Translations under genes and position numbers: made by a program | Part shown: positions 1 through 11,674 of the stretch, piece after piece | How positions within the stretch are numbered: the first letter of the stretch is position 1 | Layout: each line of letters opens with the position of its first letter | Notes under the pieces: model-generated | The model's database searches: none | What the model saw: the letters and a program-made list of their open reading frames with translations, nothing else | Told to the model about the DNA's origin: nothing | Origin: Felis catus | Taxonomy: Eukaryota | Length of the DNA: 64,000 bases | Direction: 5' to 3' | Assembly: GCF_018350175.1 (NCBI RefSeq) | Contig: NC_058368.1 | Coordinates: 214,522,001 to 214,586,000, forward strand

Positions 1-1608
1 CCCTGGGGACAGGTACCCTGAGGGTGGGTGATTTTAAATGAGTGATGGAAGAAACATGTGTATAATTGGTGAAGAATTTAGCTAGGGCTGTTAATGCCTT
101 AGAACAGTTGTACTTTTCTAAAAAGAAACATAATTCATTAGGATTATTATTTAGAATGTAAATATAGGCATATTTGAAAAAATTATAAAGATAATATATA
201 AGATGTTATAGTTTATACAAATGATGGGTATTTGGATACCTATTCTATGCAATACAATATTCTATTCTATTTAATAGAATTAAAAATTTTCCATTTACTG
301 ATGTGCTTTAATCTTTCTTCTACAGGTTTAAGTAAATCAGGGTACGCAGAGATGCAGATTTGTGTGCATGTATTTTTAGCTATCAAGAAAATGCATGTTC
401 TAAAATCCCATAATTATGTATAGAGCAATACCTCTGTCCAAAAGACTGTAATTATTTAGAATACAGTGGGCACACTGTTAGCATAATTTACCTCATTGTT
501 CAAAATAGCCGTAGAAATGGTCCTACTTCAGATGACTGACAACTGCTTTGAAAATCTCAAGGGATGGGCCCAAATATCAAATTAAAGGCATGACATAACA
601 CACTTTTTAGCTTGCCATTTGCTGCATCCAATTTTATATTATGATTCTGATATGAAATTAAATTTCCTATAATGGATGATTTTTTTTTTCTTTCCTCCTC
701 CATACTGTTAGCTCCTTGTGAACAAGATCGCTTTTTCTTCACCTTTGTGTCTTTGGATCCAAATGTCCACTCCAATCCCCAGAACACAGTAGGTAATAAA
801 CAGTGGTAGGATGATTAAATGCCTACATATGCCATTACTAGTCTTGATTGATATGTCCTGTTTTGTTCTATATCAGATACCATACCAGTCAAGATGATCA
901 AAAGAACAACATATTTTTCTTGATTTTTGGTAATTTATTTTAAATGATTTTTCTCATTCAATCCTTACTATGTAGAAACCAGATTGGTGTGGTTTGCTTT
1001 TTGGCCAATTCTTTCCATTCTTCTAGTGTGAAACAACTTTAAACATTTGTTTCTTTTAAGAATGGTTTCTAGAGCTTGTACGCTGTGGAAAAATCTACAC
1101 CAGAGACAGTGACAATTGTTCTCAGCTAGAATGGTTGTCTAAACTTATTGTCCCTACTTCCTTGGCCCCCATTCATTCTCCAACCCTCTCTAATCTGCTT
1201 CTGACCATGACATTCCACAAAATGTGGCCAAATCCAGTAGACTCTTATTTCTCCTCATCTTACTCAAACTGACACAATACTGACACAATTGGTCACTTGC
1301 TCCTTGCTTAAATATGCTCTTTTCCTGACCCCCTCCTGGTTTTCTTGCTATCTGTGGTATACTTTCTCAGTCTTCTCTTTGGTCCTTCCTTCTCAATCCA
1401 CATCAAAATATTCCTGTGGTCCATATGGGCCTTTCTTCTTTCTCTTCTCTCTCTTCAGAAAACTGCAGAAATTTCTGTGCCTTTACCTTCCTCACATAGA
1501 CCAATAAATTCTCTCTTTGTCTCTCTTAGCCCAGAGCTCCCCCTTGAGCTATGGACTTGTATATGTAGTTGCCTATTTGACATCTCTTTTTAGATGTCTT
1601 ACAGACAA

Positions 1609-1833
1609 GGAGTGCCTGCGTGGCTCAGTTAGTTGAGTGACCAACTTCAGCTCAGGTCATGATCTCACAGTTTGTGAGTTTGAGCCCCATGTTGGGCTCT
1701 GTGCTGACAGCTTGGAGCCTGGAGCCTGGAGTCTGCTTCGGATTCTGTGTCTCCCCTGTCTCTCCCTGTCTCCTGCTCATGCTCTGTCTCTCTCTCTCTT
1801 TCTCAGTAATAAATAAATGTTAATAAAATTTAT
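1609..1833 (+). mobile_element. CAN-SINE (SINEC_Fc-like, tRNA-derived)
   Basis: Head 'ggagtgcctgcgtggctcagttagttgag', CT-rich tract, A-rich tail; TSD atgtcttacagac at 1594-1606 and 1834-1846. Confidence 0.95.
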
Positions 1834-2224
1834 ATGTCTTACAGACTTTCAAAGTAACAAAGATTGCAAAAGAGGCCTTGATTTTTGTCAGTCAACAGTG
1901 GACTGGTAGTCCTTATCCATCTATTCCAGTGAATGTAAACTATTTACCTTCTTCTTCAAACTAGATTTCTATAAGCCATTATGAACTCTTCTTTCTTCCT
2001 ATCTTTCAATTTGTCAGCAAATCTGGTGAGTTCTACTTTCAAAATATACCTTGAAATCATCCACTTTCATTCCTTTTCATTTGTTTCCACCCTTTTGGGG
2101 CCACCCTCATCTGTCTTCTGGATTATAGCTATTTCCCCCACTTAGCCTCTTTTCCTACTTTTTCCTCCTTTAAATCTGTTCTTCATACAGAAGCATGAAG
2201 AATGAGATTTAAAAAAAAATCAAG

Positions 2225-2233
2225 TTTATTTAT

Positions 2234-2283
<50 letters not shown>

Positions 2284-2418
2284 TGAATGAATGAATTCCA
2301 AGCAGGCTCCATGCTGTCAGTGCAGAGCTTGATGCAGGACTCGAACTCATGAACTATGAGATCACAACCTGAGCCAAGATCAAGTTGGATGCTTACCAAC
2401 TGAGCCATCCAGGTGCCC
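2225..2418 (-). mobile_element. CAN-SINE with expanded (GA)n and (GAAT)n tract
   Basis: Reverse-complement head 'ctgagccatccaggtgccc' ending ~2418; body 'gcaggctccatgctgtcagtgcagag'; (GA)n 2237-2278 followed by (GAAT)n. Confidence 0.92.
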
Positions 2419-2474
2419 GAGCATTTTTAAAGCTTAAATTATAAAGCTATATCACATCATTTAAAATCCTCCAA

Positions 2475-2646
2475 GGAGGTGGGTGAGGGGATGGGTGAAA
2501 TAAATAGATGAAGGGGATTAAGGGTACATTTATCTTGATGAGCACAGATTAATGTATGGAACTGTTGAATCACTATATTGTATACCCGAAACTAATATAA
2601 CACTGTATGTTAACTACACTAGAATTAAATTAAAAAAAAAATAAAG
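2475..2646 (+). mobile_element. Short 5'-truncated carnivore L1 3'UTR fragment
   Basis: 'gggatgggtgaaata...gaatcactatattgtatacccgaaactaatataacactgtatgttaacta' plus poly(A); degenerate TSD aaaatcctccaa (2463-2474) / aaaatctcccaa (2647-2658). Confidence 0.85.
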
Positions 2647-2837
2647 AAAATCTCCCAATGATTTCCCAGTATACTTACAGAAAGTCCAAATTTGTTTCCC
2701 AGTCTATGAAACTATCCAAAATGTGGTCTCAGTTTATTTATCTAATTTTAGGTTCTGACTCTATTCCTCCTATACAGCTCATCAGAATTTAAGACACATC
2801 AACTTCTTTCCTATATCATGGTCTTCTTGCCATAGAA

Positions 2838-3088
2838 GGAATGTAGTATGATGCTTAAATGCCTGTATTCTGCAGCCAATATTTGCCTTTTGACCATATC
2901 ACTTGCCAGCTAGGTGGTTCTGGGCAAATCACTGAAGTTCTCTGATTACATTCATTTTCCTCATCCAATATGAAATATTAGGAAAATAATAGTTTCCACG
3001 TCACAGAGTTGTTCTGAAATTAGATGCAAAATATTTAGAAGAGCACCCAGCAAATCCTAAGCGTTCTGTAAGAGCTAGCTATTAGTAT
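2838..3088 (+). mobile_element. MIR SINE
   Basis: Core-like 'cacttgccagctaggtggttctgggcaaatcactgaagttctctg...tttcctcatc...aataatagtttccacgtcacagagttgttctgaaattaga'. Confidence 0.7.
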
Positions 3089-3203
3089 CAGGTACTGTAG
3101 TGTTGGCCCAGCAGTCACTTCCACCTTTTCTTATTCTTAAGCTCTCCTCTTTAAACATCATCTGCCTCAAAGAGGCTTTGAACATCTCAGCTGAAACTAG
3201 TCC

Positions 3204-3982
3204 TTTTTTTTCAACATATGAAATTTATTGTCAAATTGGTTTCCATACAACATCCAGTGCTCATCCCAAAAGGTGCCCTTCTCAATATCCATCATCCACC
3301 CTCCCCTCCCTCCCACCCCCCATCAACCCTCAGTTTGTTCTCAGTTTTTAAGAGTCTCTTATGCTTTGGCTCTCTTCCACTCTAACCTCTTTTTTTTTTC
3401 CTTCCGCTCCCCCATGGGTTTCTGTTAAGTTTCTCAGGATCCACATAAGAGTGAAACCATATGGTATCTGTCTTTCTCTGTATGGCTTATTTCACTTAGC
3501 ATCACACTCTCCAGTTCCATCCACGTTTCTACAAAGGGCCATATTTCGTTCTTTCTCATTGCCACGTAGTACTCCATTGTGTATATAAACTACAATTTCT
3601 TTATCCATTCATCAGTTGATGGACATTTATGCTCTCTCCACGATTTGGCTATTGTTGAGAGTGCTGCTATAAACATTGGGGTACAAGTGCCCCTATGCAT
3701 CAGTACTCCTGTATCCCTTGGGTAAATTCCTAGCAGTGCTATTGCTGGGTCATAGGGTAGGTCTATTTTTAATTTTCTGAGGAACCTCCACACTGTTTTC
3801 CAGAGCGGCTGCACCAGTTTGCATTCCCACCAACAGTGCAGGAGGGTTCCCGTTTCTCCACATCCTCTCCAGCATCTATAGTCTCCTGATTTGTTCATTT
3901 TAGCCACTCTGACTGGCGTGAGGTGATATCTGAGTGTGGTTTTGATTTGTATTTCCCTGATGAGGAGCGACGTTGAGCATCT
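3204..3982 (-). mobile_element. Young felid L1, 5'-truncated (~780 bp: ORF2 C-terminal cysteine-rich region plus 3'UTR)
   Basis: ORF 3590-3907 encodes [32 protein letters not shown] (L1 ORF2p C-terminal CCHC region); poly-T at 3204; TSD tgaaactagtcc at 3192-3203 and 3983-3994; nearly identical to ~34380-35158. Confidence 0.96.
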
Positions 3983-4884
3983 TGAAACTAGTCCATTTTT
4001 AAAAAAATTCTATGTTTCATTTTTTCATTCATGTCCAATATAGAACTTATACTGTGTATTTATTTTATTTACTTGGTTGGTCTCTTCTCTGACTCTATCT
4101 TCTCTCTTCTTCTTTTTGGTTGGTAGATTTCAAGCTCTTAGAAGACCAGGATCATGCAGCTAACTCAGTGCCTGACACATAGTAGCTGTTTAGTAAGCAT
4201 TTTTCTGAATGGATCAATGAATGAAATTCTAGCAGCTGAGAATTCATTCCCACTTCCCAGCCATAATGGTAGTTACTCATATATATTTATCACCTTCTCT
4301 TGGTGATAGATGCAATACTAGTGTGGAGATGAGAAAAGAGAGGAAAGTTTTCTAAGTAACCCAGTTTTGGAGACCCTCAAGAACCCTATTAATTTCTACC
4401 TAGTTACAATGGATATATCTTAGTATTCATATCAATACAATAAGGAAGTTAGTCAACATACTTCTACATAAACTTATATAACTTATATTTAGCTTTATAA
4501 TCTTCCTATATATGAGTGTATATTTTTATTAATTAATTCTCAGCTTCTGTTGGAGATAATTATTCTCTCTTAGATTGAAAAAAATGTAAGTAAACAATTT
4601 TTTAAACCTACTGACTTAAAATAAATCAGCAACTGAAATAAATCAAGTGAAGAAAGTCCATTTCATGAAGATTTTCCTGTTTATTTTTTTAAAACAGATG
4701 CTCTGGTTTTAGATCTATGTATCTAGGACAAGAGAAGAGTTTTCTGATTTGTTTACTTTCTGTGGTGGTTGATAAATTGAGTGCCATTTTTTATAATTCA
4801 AATAAAAAATGATAGGCAACCTCTTATAAGACCATACCAAATATTTATTCCATTAGTACAGATATCTTCACTTAAGTATGCTCC

Positions 4885-5153
4885 ATTTAAAAAAATTTTT
4901 TTTCAACGTTTTTATTTATTTTTGGGACAGAGAGAGACAGAGCATGAACGGGGGAGGGGCAGAGAGAGAGGGAGACACAGAATCGGAAACAGGCTCCAGG
5001 CTCCGAGCCATCCGCCCAGAGCCTGATGCGGGGCTGGAACTCACGGACCACGAGATCGTGACCTGGCTGAAGTCGGACGCTTAACCGACTGCGCCACCCA
5101 GGCGCCCCTTTTTTTTTTTTAATTTTTTTTCAACGTTTTTATTTATTTTTGGG
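4885..5153 (-). mobile_element. Young SINEC_Fc (full copy ~4885-5108) plus an extra tail fragment (5109-5153) inside one TSD
   Basis: CpG-rich body; head 'gcgccacccaggcgcccc' ends at 5108; TSD agtatgctcc at 4875-4884 and 5154-5163. Confidence 0.95.
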
Positions 5154-5177
5154 AGTATGCTCCGTTTTAAAAAAATA

Positions 5178-5845
5178 AATTTATTCATGTAAATATAACA
5201 TACATAGAGAAAAATTCACAAATATTAAATGTATCTCTTGGTATAGTTTCACACAGTGAATAAATATATCCATGAAACCATCATCCAGATTAATTAGTAG
5301 AATATTACAAGCATTGCAAGCATTGAATTTTATGTAAGTAGAATCATATACTATGTGCCTTTTATGTTGGCCTCTTTTACTCAATATTTCCTTCATGAGA
5401 TTAATTCACATTGTTGAATGTAGCAGTAGTTATTTCTTTTAAATTGATGTATATGTTTCCATTTTATAGATATTTTTACATTAGAGATTATTTCAGAGAT
5501 GTTATAGAAATACTGTAATTTACCTATTTTACTGTTGATAGGAAATTTCTTTCAGTTTTTGGCTACTAGGAAAGTGATGCCACAAGCATCCATGTCGTGT
5601 TTTTTAGGGGACATAGGTACTCTTCTGGGTATATGCCAGGAATGGAAATGTTGTCTCATAGGATACAACTTTAGAAGACATTACCAAAGAGGTTTCAAAG
5701 CCATAGTAACTTGAAATTCTATCAGCAATGTTGAAGTGTAAATTGGTATTTAAGTTGGGGGTTCTTCACCAATACTCAGTATTGTCAGTGTTTTTAATTT
5801 TATCCATTTAAGTGGATGTGTACTGAAATGTCATTGTGATTATTT
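5178..5845 (-). mobile_element. Old mammalian L1 (L1ME/L1MC-like), 3' part
   Basis: 'gaatcatatactatgtgcc...ttttactcaatatt...gagattaattcacattgttgaatgtagcagtag'; reverse translation gives 'HIVYDSTYIKF', typical of old L1 3' ends; interrupted at 'gtcattgtgatt'. Confidence 0.75.
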
Positions 5846-6097
5846 TATTTCATTTATTATTATTTTTTAATTCCAGTGAGTTAACTTACAATGTTATATT
5901 AGTTTCAGATGTACAATATAGTGATTCAACACTTCCATACATCACCTGGTGCTCATCACAAGTCCACTATTTAATTCCCATCACCTGTTTAACTCATCTC
6001 CTGACCCACCTCTCCTCAGTTTGTTCTGTATACTTAGGAGTCTGTTTCTTGGTTTCTCTCCTTCTCTCTCTTTCTCCCTTTCTCATGTATTTTGTTC

Positions 6098-9000
6098 CTA
6101 AAATTCCACATGAATGAAATAATATGGTATTTGTCTTTGTCTTATTTTACTTAGCAATATATTCCTCTAGCTCCATCCATGTTGTTGCACATGGGAAGAT
6201 TTCATTCTTTTTAATGGCTAAATAATATTCAATTGTATATATGACCACATCTTCTTTGTCCATCATCAATTGATGAACACTTGGGCTGCTTCCATATCTT
6301 AACTATTACAAATAATGCTGCTGTAAACATAGGGGTGCCTATATCCTTTTGAATTAGTGTTTTGGTATTCTTTGGGTAAATACCCAGTAGTGTGATTACT
6401 GGATCTTAATGTAGTTCTATTTTTAACTTTTTGAGGAACCTTCAAACTGTTTTCCAGAGTGGCTGCACCAGTTTGCATTCCAACCAACAGTGCAAAAATA
6501 TTTTCCTTTCTCCACATCCTTGCCAACACCTGTTGTTTCTTGCGTTGTTTATTTTAGCCATTTTGACAGGTGTGAGGCAATATTCCATTGTAGTTTTGAT
6601 TTGCGTTTCCCTGATGATTAGTGACGTTGAGCATCTTTTCATGTGTCTTTTGGCCATCTGTATGTCTTCTTCAGAGAAATATGTATCCATGTGTTCTTTC
6701 CACTTTAAAAAAAATATTTTTAATGTTTATTTTTGACAGAGATAGAGGGACAGAACACGAGCAAGGGAGGGGTAGGGAGACACAGAATCTGAAGTAGGTT
6801 CCAGACTCTGAGCTGTCAGTACAGAGCCCAATGTAGGGCCTGACCCATGAGATCATGACTTGAGCTAAAGTCAGATGCTTAACTGACTGAGCCACCCAGA
6901 CACCCCTGTTCTTTCTATTCTTTAATTGGGTTATTTGTTTTTGAGGTATTGAGTTTATAAGTTTCTTATATATTTTGGATACTAACTCGTTATTGGGTAT
7001 GCCATTTTCAAATATCTTCTCTCGTTTTGTAAGTTGCCTTTTAGTTTTCTTAATTGTTGCCTTCACTGTGAAGAAGTGTTTTATTTTGATGTAGTCCCAA
7101 TCATTTATTTTTGCTTTTGTTTCCTTTGCCTCAGGAGTCATATCTAGAAAGAAGTTGCCATGGCCAATGTCAAAGAAGTTATTGCCTGTCTTCTAGGATT
7201 TTTATGGTTTCAGGTCTCACATTTAGGCCCTTGATCCATTTAGAATTTATTTGTGTGTGTGTGGTATAAGGGAGTGGTCCAGTTTCATTCTTTTATAGGT
7301 TGCTGTCCAGTTTTCCTAACACCATTTGTTGAAGAAGAAACTGTCTTTTTCACATTGGATATTGTTTTCCGCCTTGTCAAAGATTAATTAGCTATATAAT
7401 CATGGATTTATTTCTGAGTTCTATTTTCTGTTCTATTGATCTATGTATCTACTTTTGTGCCAGTATCATACTCTTTTGATTGCTATAGCTTTGTGATATA
7501 AATTGAAGTCCAGAATTGTGATGCTTCCAGCTTTGCTTTTCTTTTTCAAGTTTGGTTTGGCTATTTGGGGTCTTTTATGGTCCCATACAAATTTTAAGAT
7601 TGTTTGTTCTAGCTCTATGAAAAATGCTGGTTGTATTTTGATAGGGATTGCATTAAATGTGTGGATTTCTTTGGGTAATATAAACATTTAAACAATATTT
7701 ATTTTTCCAATCCATGAGAAAGGAATGTCTTTCCATTTCTTTGTGTCATCTTCAATTTCTTTCAACAGTGTTTTATAGTTTTCAAAGTACAGATCATTTA
7801 CCTCTTTGGTTAGGTTTATTCCTAAGTATCTTATTGTTTTTGGTCAATTGTAAATGGGATTGATTCCCTAGTTTCTCTTTCTGCTGCTTCATTATTGGTA
7901 TATAGAAATGCAACAGATTTCAGTACATTGATTTTGTATCCTGTGACTTTACTGAATTCATGTATCAGTTCTATCAGGTTTTTGGTGGAATCTTTTGGGT
8001 TGTCTATGTATAATATCATGTCATCTACAAATAGTGAAAGTTTGACTACTTCCTTGCCAATTTGAGTGCCTTTTAGTTCTTTTTGTTGTTTGGTACTGGC
8101 TAGGACTTCTGGTACTATGTTCAATAAAAGTGGTGAGAGTAGACATCCCTATCTTTTTCCTGACATTAGGGGAAAAGCTCTCAATTTTTCCCCATTAAGG
8201 ATGAAGTTAGCTATGTGTTTTTCACATATGGTCTTTATTATATTGAGTAGGTATAGAGGTTCCCTCTAAACCTACTTTGTTGAGGGTTTTTATCATGAAT
8301 GGATGTACTTTCTCAAATTTTTTTCTGCATTTATTCAAGTGATCATATGGTTCTTATTCTTTCTTATTGATATGATGTATGTATCACATCAATTAATTTG
8401 CGAATATTGAACCATACTTGCAATCCAGGGATAAATCCCTCTTGATCACGGTGAGTGATTTTTTTTTAGTGTATTGTTAGATTCAGTTTGCTAGGATTTT
8501 GTTGACGATTTTGCATCTATGTTCATCAGAGGTATTGGCCTGTAGTTCTCTTTTTTTTGTGGTGTCTTTATCTGGTTTTGGTATCAGGGTAATGCTGGCT
8601 TCATAGAATACATTTGGAAGATTTCCATCCTTTTCTATATTTTGGAATAGTTTGATAAAAATAAGTATTAACTCTTTAAATGTTTGGTGGAATTCACTTG
8701 TGAAGCCATCTGGTCCTGGACTTTTGTTTGTCGGGAGTTTTTTGATTACTGTTGCAATTTCTTAGCTAGTAATCAGTCTGTTCAAATTTTCTGTTTCTTC
8801 CTGTTTCAGTTTTGGTAGGTTTTATGTGTCTTGGAAATTATCCATTTCTTCTAGGTTCTTCATTTTGTTGGCATACAGTTTTTCATAATATTCTCTTATA
8901 ATTGTTTGTATTTCTGTGGTGTTGCTTGTTATTTCTTCTCTTTCATTTGTAAATTTATTTATTCGAGTCCTTTATCTTTTTTTTCTTAATAAGTATGCCT

Positions 9001-10112
9001 GGAGATTTATCAATTTTATTGAGTTTTTTCAAAGAATTGGCTCCAGGTTTCATTGATCTACCCATTGCTTTTTTCCCCTATATCATTTATTTTTACTCTA
9101 ATCTTTATTATTTCTTTCTCTCTGCTAGCTTTAGGTTTTATGTGTTCTTTTTTTTAAGCTCCTCTAGGTGTAAGTTTAGGTTGTTTATTTGAGATTTTTC
9201 TTGCCTCTTGAGGTAGGCCTATATTTGCTATAAACCTCTCTCTTAGAACTGCTTTTGCTGTACCTGACAGATTTTGAACCATTGTGTTTTCATTTTCATT
9301 TGTTTTCATGTACTTTTTAATTTCTTCTTTTATTTCCTGGTTGACCCATTCATTCTTTAGTGGCATGCATATTATTTAACCTCCATGTATTTGTTGTCTG
9401 TCCAGATTTTTTCTTGTGGTTGACTTGTAGTTTCATAGCACTGTGGTCAGAAAAGGTGCACAGTATGACTTTGATCTTGAATTTGGTGGCCTAATATGTG
9501 ATCTATTCTGGAGAATGTTCCATGTGCACTTGAAAAGAATGTATGTTCTGCTCCTTTAGGATGGAATGTTTTGAATATATCTGTTAAGTCCATATGGTCC
9601 AGTGTGTCATTCAAAGCCATTGTTTCCTTATTGATTTTCTGTATAAATGATCTGTTCACTGGTGTGAGTGGGGTGTTAAAGTCTCCTACTGTTATTGTAT
9701 TATTATCAATTAGTTCCTTTATGTTTGTTATTATCTGTTTTATGTATTTGGATGTTCACATGTTGGGTGCATAAATATTTACAATTGTTATATATTTTTA
9801 TTGGAATGTCCCCTTTGTTATTATATAGTGGCATTCTTTGTCTCTTGTTACAATCTTTGTTTTAAAGTCTAGTTGTCTGATGTAAGTATTGCTACTCTGG
9901 CTTTCTTTTGACATCCATTTGCATGATAGATGTTTCTCCATCCCCTCAATTTTAATTCTCAGGTATCTTTAGGTCTAAAATGACTCTCTTGTAGGCAGCA
10001 TATAGATGAGTCTTGTTTTTTTTAATCCATTCTGCCACCCTGTGTCTTTCTATTGGATTGTTTTTCCATTTATATTCAAAGTAATTATTGATGGTTATGT
10101 ACTTATTGCCAG
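6098..10112 (-). pseudogene. L1 ORF2 (endonuclease/reverse transcriptase) remnant with many stops and frameshifts
   Basis: ORF-track fragments 9447-9659, 9154-9366, 7831-8124, 7466-7687, 6671-7141 and 6442-6690 are collinear with L1 ORF2p. Confidence 0.9.
6704..6906 (-). mobile_element. CAN-SINE inserted in L1 ORF2
   Basis: Head 'ctgagccacccagacacccc' ends at 6906; TSD core tgttctttc at 6692-6700 and 6907-6915. Confidence 0.93.
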
Positions 10113-10486
10113 TTTTTACTTGTTTTATGGTTATTTCTGAAGATTTTCTCTGACATTTTCTTGTCTTTATTTCATGGTTTTCTGTTTGTCTTTAGTGATA
10201 TATTTGGATTTCCTTCTCTTTATTCTTTGCATATTTATAGTGGGATATATGGTTATCATTAGTTTTGTATACAACATCTTATGCATATGGCGATCTATAT
10301 TAAGTTGATGGTCATTTAAGTTTCAACCCATTTTTTACTCTTTGCTTCCCCACATTTTAACTAAAAGGTGTCATATTTTAAATCCTTTTATTTGTGAGTT
10401 CCTTGGCTGATTTTACAAAAATATTTATTTTTACTACTTTTGTGTTGCCTACCTTCATACTGTCACTTTTGGTCTTTCCTTTCCAC

Positions 10487-10601
10487 TTAAAGAGTCCTCT
10501 TTATTTATTTATTTTTAAAGTTTATGTATTTATTTTTGAGAGAGAGAGAGCTAGCATGAGCTGGGGAGGAATGGAAGGAGGGAGGGAGGGAGGGAGGGAG
10601 G

Positions 10602-10650
<49 letters not shown>

Positions 10651-11674
10651 GAAGGGAGGGAAGGAGGGAGGGAGGGAGGGAGAGAAAGACTTCCAAGTAG
10701 GCTCCACCCTGTCAGTGCAGATGCTGATATGGGGCTAGATCCCATGAACTGTAAGATCATGACCTGAGCTGAAATCAAGAGTCAGATGGTCAACCGACTA
10801 AAGCATCCAGTCACCCCATGAGTTGTTTTTAATATTTCCTGCAGGGCTGGCTTAGTGGTCATGGACTCCTTTAGTTTTTGTTTGTCCAGGAAACTCTTTA
10901 GTTCTGCTTCTATTCTGAATGATAGCCTTTCTGGATAGAGTATTGTTGGCTGCAGATTTTTCCCATTCAGTACTCTGAATATATCTTGCCACTCCTTTCT
11001 GGCTTGGAAAGTTTCTGTTGAAAAATCCCCCAAGAGCCTTAAGGGGTTTCCCTTGTATGTAACTGTCTTATTTTGTCTTTCTACTTTAATTTTTTTTTCA
11101 TTATCAATATGTTTTGCAATTTATTTATAATATGTCTTGGTGTGGATCTGCTTCTGTTGATTTTGTTGAGGGTTCCCTTGCCTCCTGGATCTGGATATCT
11201 GTTCCCTTTCTCAAATTAGGGAAGTTTTCAGCTGTTATTTCTTCAAATGAATTTTCTTCCTCCTTTTCTCTCTCTTCTGGGACTCCTATAATGTGAATGT
11301 TATTGCATTTGAAATACTCAGTGAGTTCCCTAAGTGTTCTCTCATTTTGCATAATTCTTTTTTCTCTCTTTTGTTCACCTTGATTACTTTCCATTTCTCT
11401 GTTTTCTAGATCATAAATCTGTTCCTGTCTTCTCCCAGCCTGCCATTCATTCCATCAAGCATGTTTCTCATTTCATTTATTGTGCCTTTTATCTCTGCTG
11501 TGTGTTAAGGGTCTCACTCATGTGTGCCACTCTTTTCTCAAGTCCATTGAGTATCTTTATGATCATTACTTTAAATTCTCTATCAGGCATTTTACTTATA
11601 TCTGTTTTACTTAGATCTCTTGCCATGGCCTTGTCCATTTCTTTCATTTGGGACAAATTACTCTGTCTTCTCAT
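10487..11674 (-). pseudogene. L1 ORF1 remnant (older element), disrupted by frameshifts and a SINE
   Basis: ORF fragments 11489-11674, 11125-11394 and 10782-11033 resemble the ORF1p N-terminus, coiled-coil/RRM and CTD (…TKPALQEILK). Confidence 0.88.
10501..10817 (-). mobile_element. CAN-SINE with a greatly expanded (GGGA)n/(GA)n purine tract, inserted in the last codons of L1 ORF1
   Basis: Head ends 'catccagtcacccc' at 10817; tail 'tttatttatttttaaagtttatg'; purine tract ~10563-10689. Confidence 0.92.

Larger units (their letters stand above)
1170..4226 (+). mobile_element. Ancient LINE-2 (L2) 3' portion, interrupted by two SINEs, two L1 pieces and a MIR
   Basis: L2-like blocks in consensus order: 'ctcatcttactcaaactgacacaa...ggtcacttgctccttg' (~1255), 'ttgcctatttgacatctc..tagatgtct' (~1570), 'aaaatcctccaa/tgatttccc' (2463/2659), and the 3' end 'agtgcctgacacatagtag...gaatggatcaatgaatgaa' (~4167-4225). 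Boundaries approximate. Confidence 0.7.
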
